DNA from: Octopus vulgaris
Lineage: Eukaryota
Reading direction: 5' to 3'
Length of the DNA: 64,000 nucleotides
Assembly (NCBI GenBank): GCA_951406725.2
Contig: OX597814.1
Span: forward strand, 208,444,001-208,508,000
The notes below the pieces were generated by a model. It did not search any database and was not told where the DNA came from. It saw only the letters and a list, made by a program, of their open reading frames with translations. Every line of letters starts with the position of its first letter. Within the stretch, counting starts at the first letter, position 1. The position numbers and the translations under genes are program-made. Positions 12,581-26,506 of this stretch are shown piece by piece.

Positions 12581-13511
12581 ATATATACATGTATATAAAG
12601 AAAAGATACAAAAACTCTACAGAAAGAATTGTTTGCGTGTGTACATGTGTGTTTGAAGAAGATGGTTTTGGTAAGAAGAGAATTGGAAAATACTTAGTTT
12701 TTGCCTTTTATTTCTTTTTAAAAATATATTATTGCCCTGAAGATTTTACTAAAAATATTACAAAGCCTATGAAGGAAAAAAATCTTTGTATGTGACTCTG
12801 TGGGCATATGTGTGCGTGTGAGTGTGTGTGTGTGTGAGTGTGTGTGTGTGTGTGTGTGTGCACGTGTGTGCTTGTCTCTGTTATTGATAATGGTGGGATG
12901 ATGTGTTATCGTTAGATTACCATTGAAAAATACATAGTTCTTATCTTTTATTTTTTTCTGTTCTTAAAGATCATGCTAAAAAATTGCAAAGATTTTGTAG
13001 GAAAACTGTGTGTTTGCTAAAAATAAGCTAAGGGAAATAACTCATGTGGGCCAATGATTTGAATTTAGATAATTCCAGTAGGCGGTGATAGACTGGATGA
13101 TGTATGCAAAAAATTCTGAATATAAGTATGTGTACATATATGTGTATAAATAAGTGTAAGTTCATCTGTGCATGTGTATGCATATAAATGTGTACAAGAG
13201 TGTGTATGTATGTGCGTATGTGTTTGTGTGTGTGCATGTGTATGGATGTATTTGTGTGTGTGCCTGTATATGCATGTTTGTGTTTGCATGTGTGCGTGTT
13301 ATGGAAGGAAAAGTACATGAAGATAAAAATCTCAGCCTCGAGTTCTACGTTCTCCTCTTTCTCTATTTCTTTGTGCATATATTTTATATTATTCTAAAGA
13401 TTCTATTAAAAAGAAAGATTTCCAAAGATCTAAAGAGAAGAAATTTCCATATATGTGTTTCTTTCTCTCTCTCTTTGTGAGAGAGTGTGTGCACATGTAT
13501 ATCTATGTACA

Positions 13512-13542
<31 letters not shown>

Positions 13543-13554
13543 TCACACACAGAT

Positions 13555-13760
13555 TTCGCTCTCTCTCTTTCGGAGAGGCACTGAGCAACTATATGCACAC
13601 ATACACACACGGCAGTAACTTCCACCTACCGAATTCAATCACAAAGCTTCGGTTGACTCGGGGCTATAGCAGAAGACACCTACCCAAAGTGCCACACAGT
13701 GGGACTGAACCTGAAACCATGTAGTTGGGAAGCAAGCTCCCTAACCACACAGCCATGCCC
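13555..13760 (-). mobile_element. SINE with family A head but an alternative 3' module; a tail-only copy lies at ~45180-45285
   Basis: Head matches family A; the tail ctctctttcggagaggcactgagcaactatatgcacacatac recurs at 45181. Confidence 0.65.
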
Positions 13761-14319
13761 ATTTATATAGACATATACACCATTGTTTTTAACGTCTATA
13801 TTTCCATGTTTGTATGGGTCAGACGGAATTTCTTGAAGCAGATATCTTACAACCAGATACCCTTCCTGTCACTAGCCTTCTCTTGTTTCCAGGTGAATTA
13901 ATATTTGTCCATATCTGGACATGCTTTCATGGGATCACTCTTCCCTCCAAACCTTGTTACTTATATCCAAGGGCTAAGTGAAGGTGTTAAATTGGGTGAA
14001 GTATTAAGTCTATCAATCTTTAATCAAATATCTTACTGTCTCAACCATTACACCAGCCCAGTTCAAATTTGATGTCTGAGAGTTTTATTTTCTGTTTTCT
14101 GATCAACCGAATTAATCTTAGTGAATTACTCATGCTTATTTTATTGATCCCAAAGGCATCAAAGGTAAAGTTGATCCTAATTCAATTTGGACTCTTGAAA
14201 TAATGAGCTCAAATCAAATAAAGTAAACCAATGAATCCAATAGACCATAATTTGGTACCTTTTATTTCAGCTTTGATACTGATTTACTGTTTTGTGGGAG
14301 AAGCAATAAGTCAAGAGAA

Positions 14320-14780
14320 TTGATCCTAGTCCAAGGAATGGTAGTTATTTTATTGATCCTCATAGAAACAGCAAGCAAAATTGACCTGAATGGATTTGAA
14401 CTCAGAGTGTAGAGGACTGGAAGTAAATACTGAAGAATATTTTGTCTAGTGTAAGGTAGTGTGCTGGCAGAATCGTTAGCACCCTGGACAAAATATTTAG
14501 CAGCATTTCATTTACTTTCATGTCCTGAGTTCAAATTTCACCCAAGTTGACTTTGTCTTTAATCCTTTTGGGGTCGATAAAATGAGTACAAGTGGAACAC
14601 TGGGATTGATCTAATCAATCTATCCCCTCTCCCGAGATTGTTGGCCTTGTGCCAAATTTTTGAAATAAATACTTTGTCTAAGTGTAAGGCAGTGAGCTGG
14701 CAGAATCATTAGCAAGCTGGTCAAAATGCTTAGCTCTTCTCCTAAACTTGCCGGCCTTGTGCCAAAATTTGAAACCAATA
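14320..14780. mobile_element. Cluster of decayed family C SINE fragments
   Basis: Motifs gagctggcagaatcgttagca...gagttcaaat...tccttttggggtcgataaaatgagtac occur in both orientations. Confidence 0.6.
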
Positions 14781-14864
14781 TTTTGTCTAGTACTTAATTG
14801 TCATGTTATCTCCTAATGCTTAAGATAGAAAAGACAAAAACAACAACAAAAAAAAAGAAACAAG

Positions 14865-15033
14865 TCCTTAAATCCTTAAAAATGTTTCAACCCGAAGGCT
14901 GCGGCCATGCTGGGGCACCACCGTTAAATAGAATGTCTTGCTCATTAACACAATGCGCCGCCAGGAATTGAACTCACGATAGAGTTGAACTTACGATCGT
15001 GAGGCGAATACCCTAACCACTAAGCCACGCACC
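14865..15033 (-). mobile_element. Short tRNA-SINE with the CR1-type 3' tail
   Basis: Minus strand: gtgcgtggcttagtggttagggtattcgcctcacgatc head, then ggtggtgccccagcatggccgcagccttcgggttgaaac(ttaagga)n tail. Confidence 0.6.
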
Positions 15034-16121
15034 TGTTGATTTCTATTTAATGAGTCTTAAGTTCAGAAACTTATGAAATAAAAATATAAATAGTTGCCAT
15101 ATTTTATGCCTATCCAAGGGCACAGGCCCTGTAAGTAGCATTAATTTACTTCAGCCTGGAATTGAAACCTTGCTAATAGAATGTGTCTTTTGTTAAAATA
15201 CTTTTCTAATTTAGATTTGATATATTGACTATAACAACACTTTTTTTTTGTCAATTTCTGTGTTAAAAGGTTTTGTTTTCCTTGTATTTAATTTAATATA
15301 ACTGTGCAACAGAAGCAATTTCTACTTATATCAGCCATTTCGCTGATCCTGATCAGAATAATTGTTACTGACTATAAAAATATTTACAAATATTGAAAAA
15401 TGAATAAACAAAAACAGTGAGAAAGAAAATATCCCTCTCATCAAATATAATAATTATGGTTCACATTGAATATAAATATTGCTTATGATAATTACATTGA
15501 TTTTTATTTGCAAAAATGCCAGAATAATGTTTATGTTTAATGAATGACCTTATCTTTTCTCTCAATGTTTCATCAAATTTAGTTCAATTTTTTTTTTAAT
15601 AGAAATCAATATAGTTTTCTCTTTAAAAATGCTATATTCATTTTTCCCCCACACTCTTTTGTCTTGAATCCATAACTTCAATGGTTCCACCACAAAAACG
15701 GATGATGTTTACATAAATTTTTGAAGTAAATGTTGTTTTTACGGCTGGATATCCCTATTGCTGTCATATCATTCAATATCGATTTCTGGTTATTTGACAG
15801 AAAAGTTAACTTTTTTAACAGGAATTGTTAGGTCAATAGAGTTGATATGTTGTTTTATTGTCTCTAGAGAGATAAAATAAAACTATATAAATGAAGAGCA
15901 TAGTAACATGAAAACACTTGTCTTGTTGATAATTCATTTTCCTCCCATATTTTCCAACATTGAAGTCAAATTTTTCCAACCAAAATTTACAGACCAAAAA
16001 ATAGATCAACAAATACACCAAGACAACTTTGGAAGACTTAAAATTTCTAGTGAAATGCAACAGAATTTGGAGAGATAATGATGATATTTGAACGTTTACA
16101 CTACATACTTACACTATATAT

Positions 16122-16541
16122 TACTCTTTACTCTTTTACTCTTTTACTTGTTTCAGTCATCTGACTGTGGCCATGCTGGAGCACTGCCTTTAATCGAGCA
16201 ACTCGACACCGGGACTTATTCTTTTGTAAGCCCAGTACTTATTCTATCGGTCTCTTTTGCTGAACCGCTAAGTAACGGAGACATAAACACACCAGCATCG
16301 GTTGTCAAGCAATGCTAGGGGGACAAACACAGACACACAAACACACACACGCATATATATATATATATACATATATACGACGGGCTTCTTTCAGTTTCCA
16401 TCTACCAAATCCACTCACAAGGCTTTGGTCGGCCCGAGGCTATAGTAGAAGACACTTGCCCAAGGTGCCACGCAGTGGGACTGAACCCGGGACCATGTGG
16501 TTGGTAAACAAGCTACTTACCACACAGCCACTCCTGCGCCT
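16122..16541 (-). mobile_element. SINE family A, full length
   Basis: Reverse complement of the family consensus. Confidence 0.9.
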
Positions 16542-17938
16542 ACACTGACTTACTATGCCAGAAAATACAGTACATATCTATTATTTTGCTTTCCTGTCAT
16601 TGCTTTAAGCAGTCTTGTGGACTGGCACCTATTTACAGTTTCTGTGTCATTAAATATATAAAAGATAGATATATCTCAGGTTAAATCTCCCAACCACTTC
16701 ATTACAAATAGAGTCACTACTATGGGTCACACAAGCTGCTAGAAATAGTAACCCAGTTTCCCTAAAATCACATCCATTAAAAAAATTTAGCACAGAACCT
16801 GCATGGTGTGACACAGTAGTGATTCCAAAAAAGGTGTAGTTGATGGATCAGTGGCACCACAGTTTGCTAGTTCAGAGGAATCATTGCTACTCATCTACTA
16901 AGAGGGTTCTTGAATCTCTAAACTTAATAGCTTCGTTATTCTCAGCCAGAATTACACAAAATTGTTTGCAATAGTCAAACTCAACAAACATGTGAGTTGC
17001 AAGAAGTATAGAGATAATTGATAATTTGGAAGTGTAACAGAAAGTATTGAAAGTTTTGTAAACCAAAAATACAAAAATAATATCTAAAAAAAAGAGAGTT
17101 ATAACGTGATTATTATAATACTCTTATATTCCCACCGTTCCATTCACTAAACTGCAGACAGGACAACAACAAATCTAACAATATTAACAACTATGACTAC
17201 AAATAGCAGCAAATAGTAGGTTCATCATCATAATCACCATCAGCACCAGCAACAACAAATAAAAAACAATAGCATACAATAAACAACAACAGCAGCAACA
17301 ACTTTTCCTAACCACATGAATTAGCATCTTCTCTATTTCGTTCAGTGATTATTATATTTTCACAAAATGGTGTTGAATCTATTCTGTCTAATTAGTCAAA
17401 GAAGAATAATTACTCAATGAATAAATGTTATTAGATATTGATTTAATTTGTACTTTCTAGAATTGTAGCAATAGCATCACTTATACATAAAATATCTGAT
17501 GGTATTAAATTTCCAACATGTAGTATTTGTAGTGGAGTGATGATGATATTAACGTCTCAATTATTTTATTTGGTAAGATCTGTTACTGTAGGAGATATTT
17601 TAATGGTTTAGTCAGGAGAAAGGGGTGGCTCCCGTGATATTTACAGGCCCTCCAAGGTTTATGGGATTTATATGGCTGGCCGATGCTGGACCCCCCCTGG
17701 CACCTGTGCAGGTGGCACGTAAAAAGCACCCACTACATTCGCGGAGTATGATGATCAGTTTGAGAATCTGCAAACGGATGTCCGCAGAAAAAAATATGGG
17801 TAGGCAGAAGATTCTAGAAGGTTGATGGTCTGACTTAGAATAAGAGGTTGTTGTGCTTTTATATGATGTCTCTCACATCTCCAAATTTACATTTTGTCCT
17901 AATTCACATGGGCTTCACCAGATTTATGCATGGTTGAA

Positions 17939-18158
17939 CCCTTTAGCATTTTAACTGGCCATTATCGGCCAAAAGTATTCTGCCTGTTTTATGTTGAAAC
18001 TGGCCAGATCTGGTCTCTCACACCAACCCTACAATATCGTTTTAAAAATGAACAGCTACCTCATCAAAATCTCAAAGTTACAAGATAATGCCTGATTAGT
18101 TCAAGGCAATGGGGATGAAAAAGCATTAATTTTGGCAGAATAATGTGAACACAAAGGG
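17939..18158. mobile_element. piggyBac-like MITE; a second copy lies at 51476-51695
   Basis: Ends CCCTTT...AAAGGG followed by TTAA; homologous ~220-bp copy at 51476-51695 is also followed by TTAA. Confidence 0.65.
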
Positions 18159-18360
18159 TTAATAAGTCATCTGAACTGAAGTGGCTTGATAGAGGATAGC
18201 TGACATGCTGCATTTTGGAGATTCCTGATGCACCCATCAATGTAGCTTAGGCATTCTTCTGCTATGTCTGTTATGGTCTAACTTTAGCCTGCTTGCTTAT
18301 GTCCATTGCTTTGTAGTTAGAGGATAGATGCCAGTGAAAGGTATGAGAGAACGAGATATA

Positions 18361-18745
18361 GGCGCAGGAGTGGCTGTGTGGTAAGTAGCTTGCTAACCAA
18401 CCACATGGTTCCGGATTCAGTCCCACTGCGTGGCATCTTGGGCAAGTGTCTTCTCCTATAGCCCCGGGCCGACCAATGCCTTGTGAGTGGATTTGGTAGA
18501 CGGAAACTGAAAGAAGCCTGTCGTATATATATATGTGTGTGTGTGTGTTTGTCCCCTTAGCATTGCTTGACAACCGACGCTGGTGTGTTTACGTCACCTT
18601 CACTTAGCGGTTCGGCAAAAGAGACCGATAGAATAAGTACTGGGCTTACAAAGAATAAGTCCCGGAGTTGATTTGCTCGACTAAAGGCGGTGCTCCAGCA
18701 TGGCTGCAGTCAAATGACTGAAACAAGTAAAAGAGTAAAGAGAGT
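18361..18745 (+). mobile_element. SINE family A, full length
   Basis: Runs from ggcgcaggagtggctgtgtgg to gactgaaacaagtaaaagag. Confidence 0.9.
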
Positions 18746-18919
18746 ATAGTAAGGGTGATAACAGAAAGGTATGTGTGCTGCGAGTTTAGAGTAGAGGTGG
18801 TATGCAAATAGCTAGTTCAGAGAAGTAGAGGTGATTATTGTAGTGATAGAATAGGCAGAGAGAATGGAGAGTCATAGTAATTCAAATGGGTTGGCAAGAG
18901 AGATTTTGCCAATACTACC

Positions 18920-19198
18920 TCGACTGGCTTCCGTGCCAGGGGCACGTAAAATGCACCAATCCGACTGTGGCTGTTGGCAGCCTCGCCTGGCACCTGTGCA
19001 GGTGGCACGTAAAAAGCACCCACTACACTCACGGAGTGGTTGGTGTTAGGAAGGGCATCCAGCTGTAGAAACACTGCCAGATCAGACTGGAGCCTGGTGC
19101 AGCCTTCTGGCTTCCCAGATCCCCGGTCGAACCGTCCAAACCATGCTAGCATGGAGAACGGACGTTAAACGATGATGATGATGATGATGATGATGATG
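18920..19198 (+). mobile_element. Family G (GAT)n-tailed retroposon
   Basis: Ends ccatgctagcatggagaacggacgttaaac(gat)n. Confidence 0.85.
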
Positions 19199-19861
19199 AC
19201 TCCCAGCAAACTGAGTTTGGTTTCCAGGTTTGTTTCTCTAGTTGTAACGTAGTTCTTTACCACTTGAATTACTTTAATAATGCCCCTGGGAAAGACTCAA
19301 ACATCAAAGCTCCCTTCTCTTTCCCTCTTAACTGAACAGGGCAGTTCAGATTATAATTTCAATTAAGGGATACATCTAAATATGAGTAGACAAAGATTGG
19401 ACTCTGTTTATAACACTATTGTTCATACAGTCAGCTAGCAGAGGAAATAAATATTTATCTCTACAAAGGCACCCGACATCTAAATATACACTTGTGAATG
19501 AAAAATGAGATGATATAGTTTTAATTCTTACTTCATCATGAAAATAGTTTCATTTCTCTGATATCCCTAATACCTTTTATAAATGTATGAACAGTATAAA
19601 TTCCTATTGGTGCCCTGTCACAAGAATGCAATTTTTCTTCATGCTTTGTTGACAATTTATTTCTATATCTAGCCTTTTGAGAAAAATAAAAACATAAATC
19701 TTTCTCTTGGCTCATAAAATAAAATGGAATTGTTGAGCTTCACATCTTTCAGTAGCATATATTGAAAAATTTGATCAATGTACCCTTATGACACTATCAT
19801 AGCAAGGTTTGGGTGCATGTTTAAGAAATTTACTTTGCAACTGTATGGTTCTTGCAACTAT

Positions 19862-20210
19862 GTCAAGCAGAGTTTAGTGACCAATGAAGCAAAGGTATGC
19901 ATAAGTGGGCTGGTTACACCACTGGTATAGGCCATGGGTTATGGTCTCACTTGGCTTGCTGGGTTTTCTCAAGCACAGCATATTTCCAAAGGTCTCGGTC
20001 ACTAGTCATTGCCTCGGTGAGGCCTAATGTTCGAATGTTGTGTTTCACCACCTCATCCCAGGTCTTCCTGGGTTTACCTCTTCCACAGGTTCCTGCAATC
20101 ACTAGGGTGTGATACTTTTTCACACAGCAATCCTCATCCATTCTCACCTCATGACTATTCCGGTGCCATCATCTCTTTTGTACACCACATCTGATGCTTC
20201 TTATGTCCAA
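19862..20210 (-). mobile_element. RTE-clade LINE ORF2 C-terminus plus start of 3' UTR
   Basis: MDEDCCVKKYHTLVIAGTCGRGKPRKTWDEVVKHNIRTLGLTEAMTSDRDLWKYAV. Confidence 0.85.
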
Positions 20211-20696
20211 CTATATATAGATACATACACACACACATACATACATACATTACCCCATTTCCTGTTTTGACATTCATTTAACAAACATCCTAAATTAAAC
20301 ACCACATGGATTTAATCACATGGATCTTCATCCTCCAAGATAATTTTTCCAAGGACTGTCTTTGAACTCAAGATACACAAAGACTTTACAATGTATCGGT
20401 GTACCTATTTTTAAATTTTTGTATATGTTTATTATTTTTTTGCAAAAAACAATGTAATTTTCTTTTTTCCTCCTCCTCAATTATAAAAAAATTTTCGTTT
20501 CACCTTACAACTCTTGAAAAGTTGCATTGCGACGAAAACTGGTTAGAATTAATATATTTAAAAAAAAAAATTTTTTTAATTTTCCATACACCCATTTTTA
20601 TTAAAATTTACCTTCAATTTAGCATTCAGCCTTTTTATAATTTTTCCTTGCCTATCATTTCTCCACGTGCGGTCAACACAACCTCACCATTTATTG

Positions 20697-20741
<45 letters not shown>

Positions 20742-21009
20742 TACATATATATACACATACATGCATAAATACATAGGCACACACTCACACACATATATAA
20801 TTATCTAATGTCTGATTTTTCATGTTTGCATTGGTCAGATAGACCCATGTGTTTAATGTGTGTGTGTGTGTGTTTGTGTGTGTGTGCTTAGTGTGTGTGT
20901 GTGTGCATGTGCATGTGCATTAAATTCCAGGCCTAGTACATATGTTAAAAAACAATTACTTTCATTATCATGATCATGATTATTATTATCATTATTATTT
21001 TTATTATTA

Positions 21010-21064
<55 letters not shown>

Positions 21065-21865
21065 TATTTTTATTGATGTTTGTTGAAGTATGCAGACACC
21101 TCTAGAGACTATTCTGAGAGAACTGGATTACTACCAAATATTGTATTACTGTCTGCTTTTCTTTCTTTCTTTCTTTCTTTTTTTTAATTATTGTGCAAAT
21201 AGAGGGCTTTGAAATTTTTGGATATGTATCCAACAATCTGAACATATATCCTACAATTTAAAATAGCAAGCAAAAAATGTCTAGTACTTTAGAGATATTT
21301 AAATTTCTTTTATTCCATGCTTACATTCATTTCTATATGGCTCCTGGTTCTAGAGCAGCAGGAAATGTCCCCAGAATTCAATTGAATAATCAGACACATA
21401 CATTTTGTCAAATAAATGTATGTGTCTGATTATTCAATTACATTACACAAAAGGCACTGACAATAGCAACATCAAGAACAACAACACTTTTGCTATTGGT
21501 TATGATCAAAGCGATGTGTTTGACATTATTCATCTCAGCTAATGGAAGGAAAATGACAGCAATGTATCGCTGAAGAAAATGCTTCTATACTTAAAGAATT
21601 TATTCAAGAATGGGCAAGCAGTAAGTTAATTTATCCCTGTTTTGTAGATGAGAGGTAGATTTTTCAATTGCCCTCAAAAGAAACAACTGAGGACAGCCAC
21701 AACCTTAAGTGACACATAGAAAAGCATTTCATCAGCTGATTTTAAGAAGGGCATATAGGAATGTGCATCTGATCTTGATAACAAAAGACAAGGCAACAAA
21801 ATAAGCAGAGATTGTGCACTTCATACTACTGTTCATCACAAACAACACAATATGAGGGTTACAAA

Positions 21866-22067
21866 GGCGGCGAGCTGGCGGTATTACGTCTGCCGTTACG
21901 TTCTGAGTTCGAATTCCGCTGTGGTCGACTTTGCCTTTCATCCTTTCAGGGTCGATTAAATAAGTACCAGTTATGCACTGGGGTCGATGTAATCGACTTA
22001 ATCCCTTTCTTTGTCTGTCCTTGTTTGTCCCCTCTGTGTTTAGCCCCTTGTGGGTAATAAAGAAATA
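21866..22067 (+). mobile_element. SINE family C; central domain resembles a Meta/Sauria-type SINE domain
   Basis: ggcggcgagctggc...gagttcgaattcc...gcctttcatcctttcagggtcgattaaataagtaccag...aataaagaaata; many decayed copies (32610, 35690, 36420, 44740, 58610, 59030). The domain name is from recall. Confidence 0.75.
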
Positions 22068-23219
22068 TACAGTAAAGAACATTACAGTGACCTTCATGTT
22101 GTGTTGTCTGTGATGTAGTACCGGTAGGACGAGGTGCAAGCTGATGATACATGAAATGACATGTGATTGAGTGGGTTGGCATGGACATGCAAATCCTGAT
22201 GATCCCTGAAAACCACAGAAAAATTCAAAATCTATATTCCACTGTGGGTGAAGAATGAATGACATTAAGATTAGAGATGCAAGATAGAAACTCTAGTTGT
22301 TATATGTGTAAGAGTAAGAACCATTTCAGGACTTTTTGCTCAGAGGAGCTGGAAAGACAGAGAATGGGAAAAATTGAGTAAGAGCAAAGGTAGTAAGAAC
22401 AACAGTAGGTCATCAAAGCTGTTGTTTCTAGGTCAATACCAACTGGATCACTGGTTATAGCTCTGGGCTGTAGATCACTACCAACTGGAGCACTAGTTGT
22501 AAAAAAAAATATATTGCTACATTCTTAGTGCCAGAAGATGATGACCAAAGGTCAATTTCTTGGCCACAAACAGTAATATCCCCTCATAATTCTGTGTCAA
22601 TAAGGAGAGAATAGACAATAAGTAAGAGTGATAAACTTTTGGAAACAGTGGGAAAAACACACCCAGGAAATAATTAAAAGGCAAAAAAAACTGACTCAAA
22701 AGAAAGCAGAACATCTTATGGGAATGCATGAAGTTCACAGATTTTTGGCAAGAAATTTGAATGAATTTCAAGAAAATTTAGGAAAATTTAGAGATATTTA
22801 CAAGGATATGGGCTCCGATTATGAGTATCATGTAAGAGAGAGGCTGCTGGTGAGAACTGCTATATGTTAACCACCTCAAGAACAATGGGCCTTTTTTTTC
22901 TCAGCATTAATTGTCTCAAAGTGTACATGCTGGTGTATTTGCTTATACTCATATACTATTTGAACAACTGTTAAATGAAAAAGGGTTGTAGAGCACCCTT
23001 ACTCAATTAAATCAGTAATCTTTCATAGTTTATTTTCTTCTCATTATATCTTGTTTTAATTATTGTGTGTTTTATCATACTTTCTTTTTTTAATTTCTTT
23101 CTGTGCAAATATATATATGTATGTATGGAATGATGGATGGATATATACGTGCCTGCTTTTAAAATTTTAATATGCTCTTCTATATATTGAATAACATCTC
23201 TCACCAATTCATTTTCATC

Positions 23220-23494
23220 AGCGCCGTCCCGACTGGCCTCCGTGCCGGTGGCACGTAAAAAGCACCATCCGATTATGGCCGTTGCCAGCCTCGTCTGGCA
23301 CCTGTGCAGGTGGCACGTAAAAAGCACCCACTACACTCATGGAGTAGTTGGCATTAGGAAGGGCATCCAGCCGTAGAAACACTGCCAGATCAGACTGGGC
23401 CTGGTGCAGCCTCCTGGCTTCCCAGACCTCAGTTGAACCGTCCAACCCATGCTAGCATGGAAAACGGACGTTAAACGATGATGATGATGATGAT
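23220..23494 (+). mobile_element. Family G retroposon
   Basis: Two ggcac..gtggcacgtaaaaagcac units followed by the (GAT)n tail. Confidence 0.85.
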
Positions 23495-23895
23495 TTGTAA
23501 ACTTCTCTTTCATACTCCAATTTTGCTTTTTTCTATGTAACCTCATGTAAAACTGTCATATTTCTGTATCGCTTCAAGCCCTTGTGGCTAATAAACAAAA
23601 GATATACCATTGTTGTGATTGTCATCATCAGCTTCAGTGGTGGCGTCATCATTATTGTTATCAATATTTATTCTTGCATTGAAAAGCCTTGAATAGGATC
23701 ACAATAATTCTTCATAATAATTCCCTTGAATGATTTCCTCAAATCATATTTCCTTAATTCAAAGACTTAGTTTTCTAAAACCTAACCACACTACCCTAAC
23801 CCAAAGCATTCTTCCTGAAATTACTTCTGCTCTATGCACTGTCTACTATAATCCTGAACATATTGAAATATGGACATTAAATAATGATAGTGGTG

Positions 23896-23896
<1 letters not shown>

Positions 23897-23994
<98 letters not shown>

Positions 23995-24063
23995 TATACA
24001 TATGCATATATGTGTGTGTATGTGTGTATGTGTGTGTGTGTATGTGTGAACACACACACACAC
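23897..24063. repeat. (TA)n plus CA/TG compound microsatellite
   Basis: Seen directly. Confidence 0.95.
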
Positions 24064-24687
24064 ATTTATCACATACATATATAAATAATATATATATATA
24101 AATACATATCAATGAAAGAACCTGAATGCCATTGCAAAGCTCTCTACAATTAAGAATCATTTTTCTATCAAACAGCATCTTGCTATATATATATATTAAA
24201 AAAAATCACATTAGGTAATGTAATCTACAATTTCAGATAATAAAAGGTTCAGGTGCTATGACTAGAAAGCTTTTGATCATAAATACAGTGGAAGTCAAAG
24301 AAGGGAGAACTGTAGCTGCAAGAAAAGAAATAATTCCATATTTTCTCAATATTTAACTCAATATTTTTTTCCCATGCATTGATATTACTTCACACAATAA
24401 AATTGCCAACACCCATTGCTTTGTAAGACTATTCTCCAAATTCTGACTATTTAAAACATTGCTATTATTTTGTCTTCCTTAGAAGTTTGAGAAATGGTAG
24501 ATTTCTGAACAAAAGCCTTTAAAATGCTTAGAATAAATTCCACTATAGGGACTTTGCTCAGCATCCCTTCTAAGTCAATAAAATAAATATAAATTATTTA
24601 TTGGGTTTGATTCACTAGACCATACATTAATATCTATTTATTCTGCTATTGCATGAATTCAATACCTTTTTTTTTTCCAAAGTACAG

Positions 24688-25007
24688 AGGTGGCTATATG
24701 ACTGAGAAGCTTGCTTCCCAACTATGCAGTCTTAGATTCAGTCCCACTGTGTGGTATTTAGATTAAGGGTCTTCTACCATAGCCCCTTGTGAATAGCTTT
24801 GGTAAACAGAAACTGAAAGAAACTTGCCTCCTTCCCACACAGTTATATATACTTGATGGTCTTCTTTCATTTTTATGTCCACAAAATCCATTCACAAGGC
24901 TTTGGTCTTCTATACTAGAAGACACTTGTCTAAGGTGCCATGCAATGGAACTGAACCCAGAACCATGTGGCTAGGAAGCAAACTTCTTACCACACAGCCA
25001 CTCCTGC
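24688..25007. mobile_element. Two SINE A 5' halves in inverted orientation
   Basis: 24688-24825 is a plus-strand head and 24856-25007 a minus-strand head. Confidence 0.75.
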
Positions 25008-25384
25008 TATTTTCTAGATTGGCAAATTTCAATACACATGTCTAAGAAACAAAAGATTCAACTATTAACTGTTACCAAACCAATGGAACAGACCAAAGTC
25101 TATTAATAATTGAGTGTTCAATGCTTAGTCTTTAAATGAGGTGATTACTTGAGAAAACTGATTTCCTTTAACCTTTTTCTTGAATATTTGAAGTGAATCT
25201 CAGTAGCTTAGTGATTATATTATTTGGTGAGAATTTCTTAATTCATGTAGTTAGGATGAAAGGCTTTTTTTTTATGGAATTTCTGATACTTTTATTAATG
25301 CTAACAACAGCTGTTGGTGACAGAAATTACTTTAAATAATACTGAGATTGGGAAGTATCAAAGGAAAATTATATGAAAAGTAGC

Positions 25385-25840
25385 AAAAGGATAAATGAGA
25401 CAGAGAAGAGAGAGAGAGAGAAATAGAGAGTGAGAGAGAGGGAAACAGAGTGAGATAGAGAGGATAGGAGAGAGATGGAGAGAGGATAGGAGAGTGAGTG
25501 AGAGAGAAAAAAGAAGAGAAGAGAGCGGGAAAGAAAGGAGGAGGGGGAGTAGGTAGAATGAAAAGATGAGAGAGGAAGAGATGGAGAGAGAAATAGAGAG
25601 TGAGAGAAAGGGAAAAGAGATATAGAGAGGATAGGAGAGAGATGGAGAGAGGGTAGGAGTGAGTGAGAGGGGGGTGAGAGAGAAAAAAGAAGAGAAGAGA
25701 GAGGAAAAGAAAGGAGGGAGAGCAAGAGAGACAAAGGAAGAAGAGAGAGAAAGGAGGAAGAAAGAGAGAGAGAAACAATGAAGAAATGGATGGAGAGAGA
25801 CAAGAAAGAGAAATAGACGAAGAATAGAGGAGAAGTAGAA
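25385..25840. repeat. Degenerate polypurine (GA-rich) tract with an internal ~170-bp duplication
   Basis: gagagagaaatagagagtgagag...gataggagagagatggagagag occurs twice (~25414 and ~25584). Confidence 0.85.
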
Positions 25841-26096
25841 GATAATCAAGAATTAGTGTTACAAGAGTAATATTGATCATGATGACAATGTCAGTTTGAT
25901 ATTGGTTGTAGTGACTGTTGGAACATCTATATTTTCTTTGACATCATCTTTATTTTGATAGAGTGTTGCGCTCTAGAGTGTGGTATTTATTCTTGCTCTT
26001 TATGCTTTGAGTTCAAATCCTACTGAGATCATCGTAGCCTTATTTTATTGATCCTTGCAAGGTTGATAAAATAAAGTACGGAATGATAAAAATAAA

Positions 26097-26506
26097 GGCG
26101 CAGGAGTGGCTGCGTGGTAAGTAGCTTGCTTACCAACCATATGGTTCCGGGTTCAGTCCCACAGCGTGGCATCTTGGGCAAGTGTCTTCTGCTATAGCCC
26201 CGGGCCGACCAATGCCTTGTGAGTGGATTTGGTAGGCAGAAACTGAAAGAAGCCTGTCGTGTATATATATATATGTGTATGTGTGTGTATATGTTTGTGT
26301 GTCTATGTTTGTCCCCCTAGCATTGCTTGACAACCGATGCTGGTGTGCTTACATCCCCGTCACTTAGCAGTTCGGCAAAAGAGATCGATAGAATAAGTAC
26401 TGGGCTTACAAAGAATAAGTCCCGGGGTTGATTTGCTCGACTAAAGGTGGTGCTCCAGCATGGCCGCAGTCAAATGACTGAAACAAGTAAAAGAGTAAAA
26501 GAGAGT
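26097..26506 (+). mobile_element. SINE family A, full length
   Basis: Family match; inserted next to a family C fragment. Confidence 0.9.

Noticed and set aside
21539-21626. Possible plus-strand exon ending at a perfect gtaagt donor
   Set aside because: All three frames from the best acceptor contain stops, and there is no recognisable protein similarity.
22141-22170. CTGATGA...GAAA hammerhead-like motif
   Set aside because: No stem II can form (tacat) and there is no supporting stem I or III. The other CTGANGA hits I checked also lacked the stems.
22628-22870. 80-aa ORF in unique sequence
   Set aside because: It has a non-ATG start, A-rich composition, no motif and no convincing splice sites.
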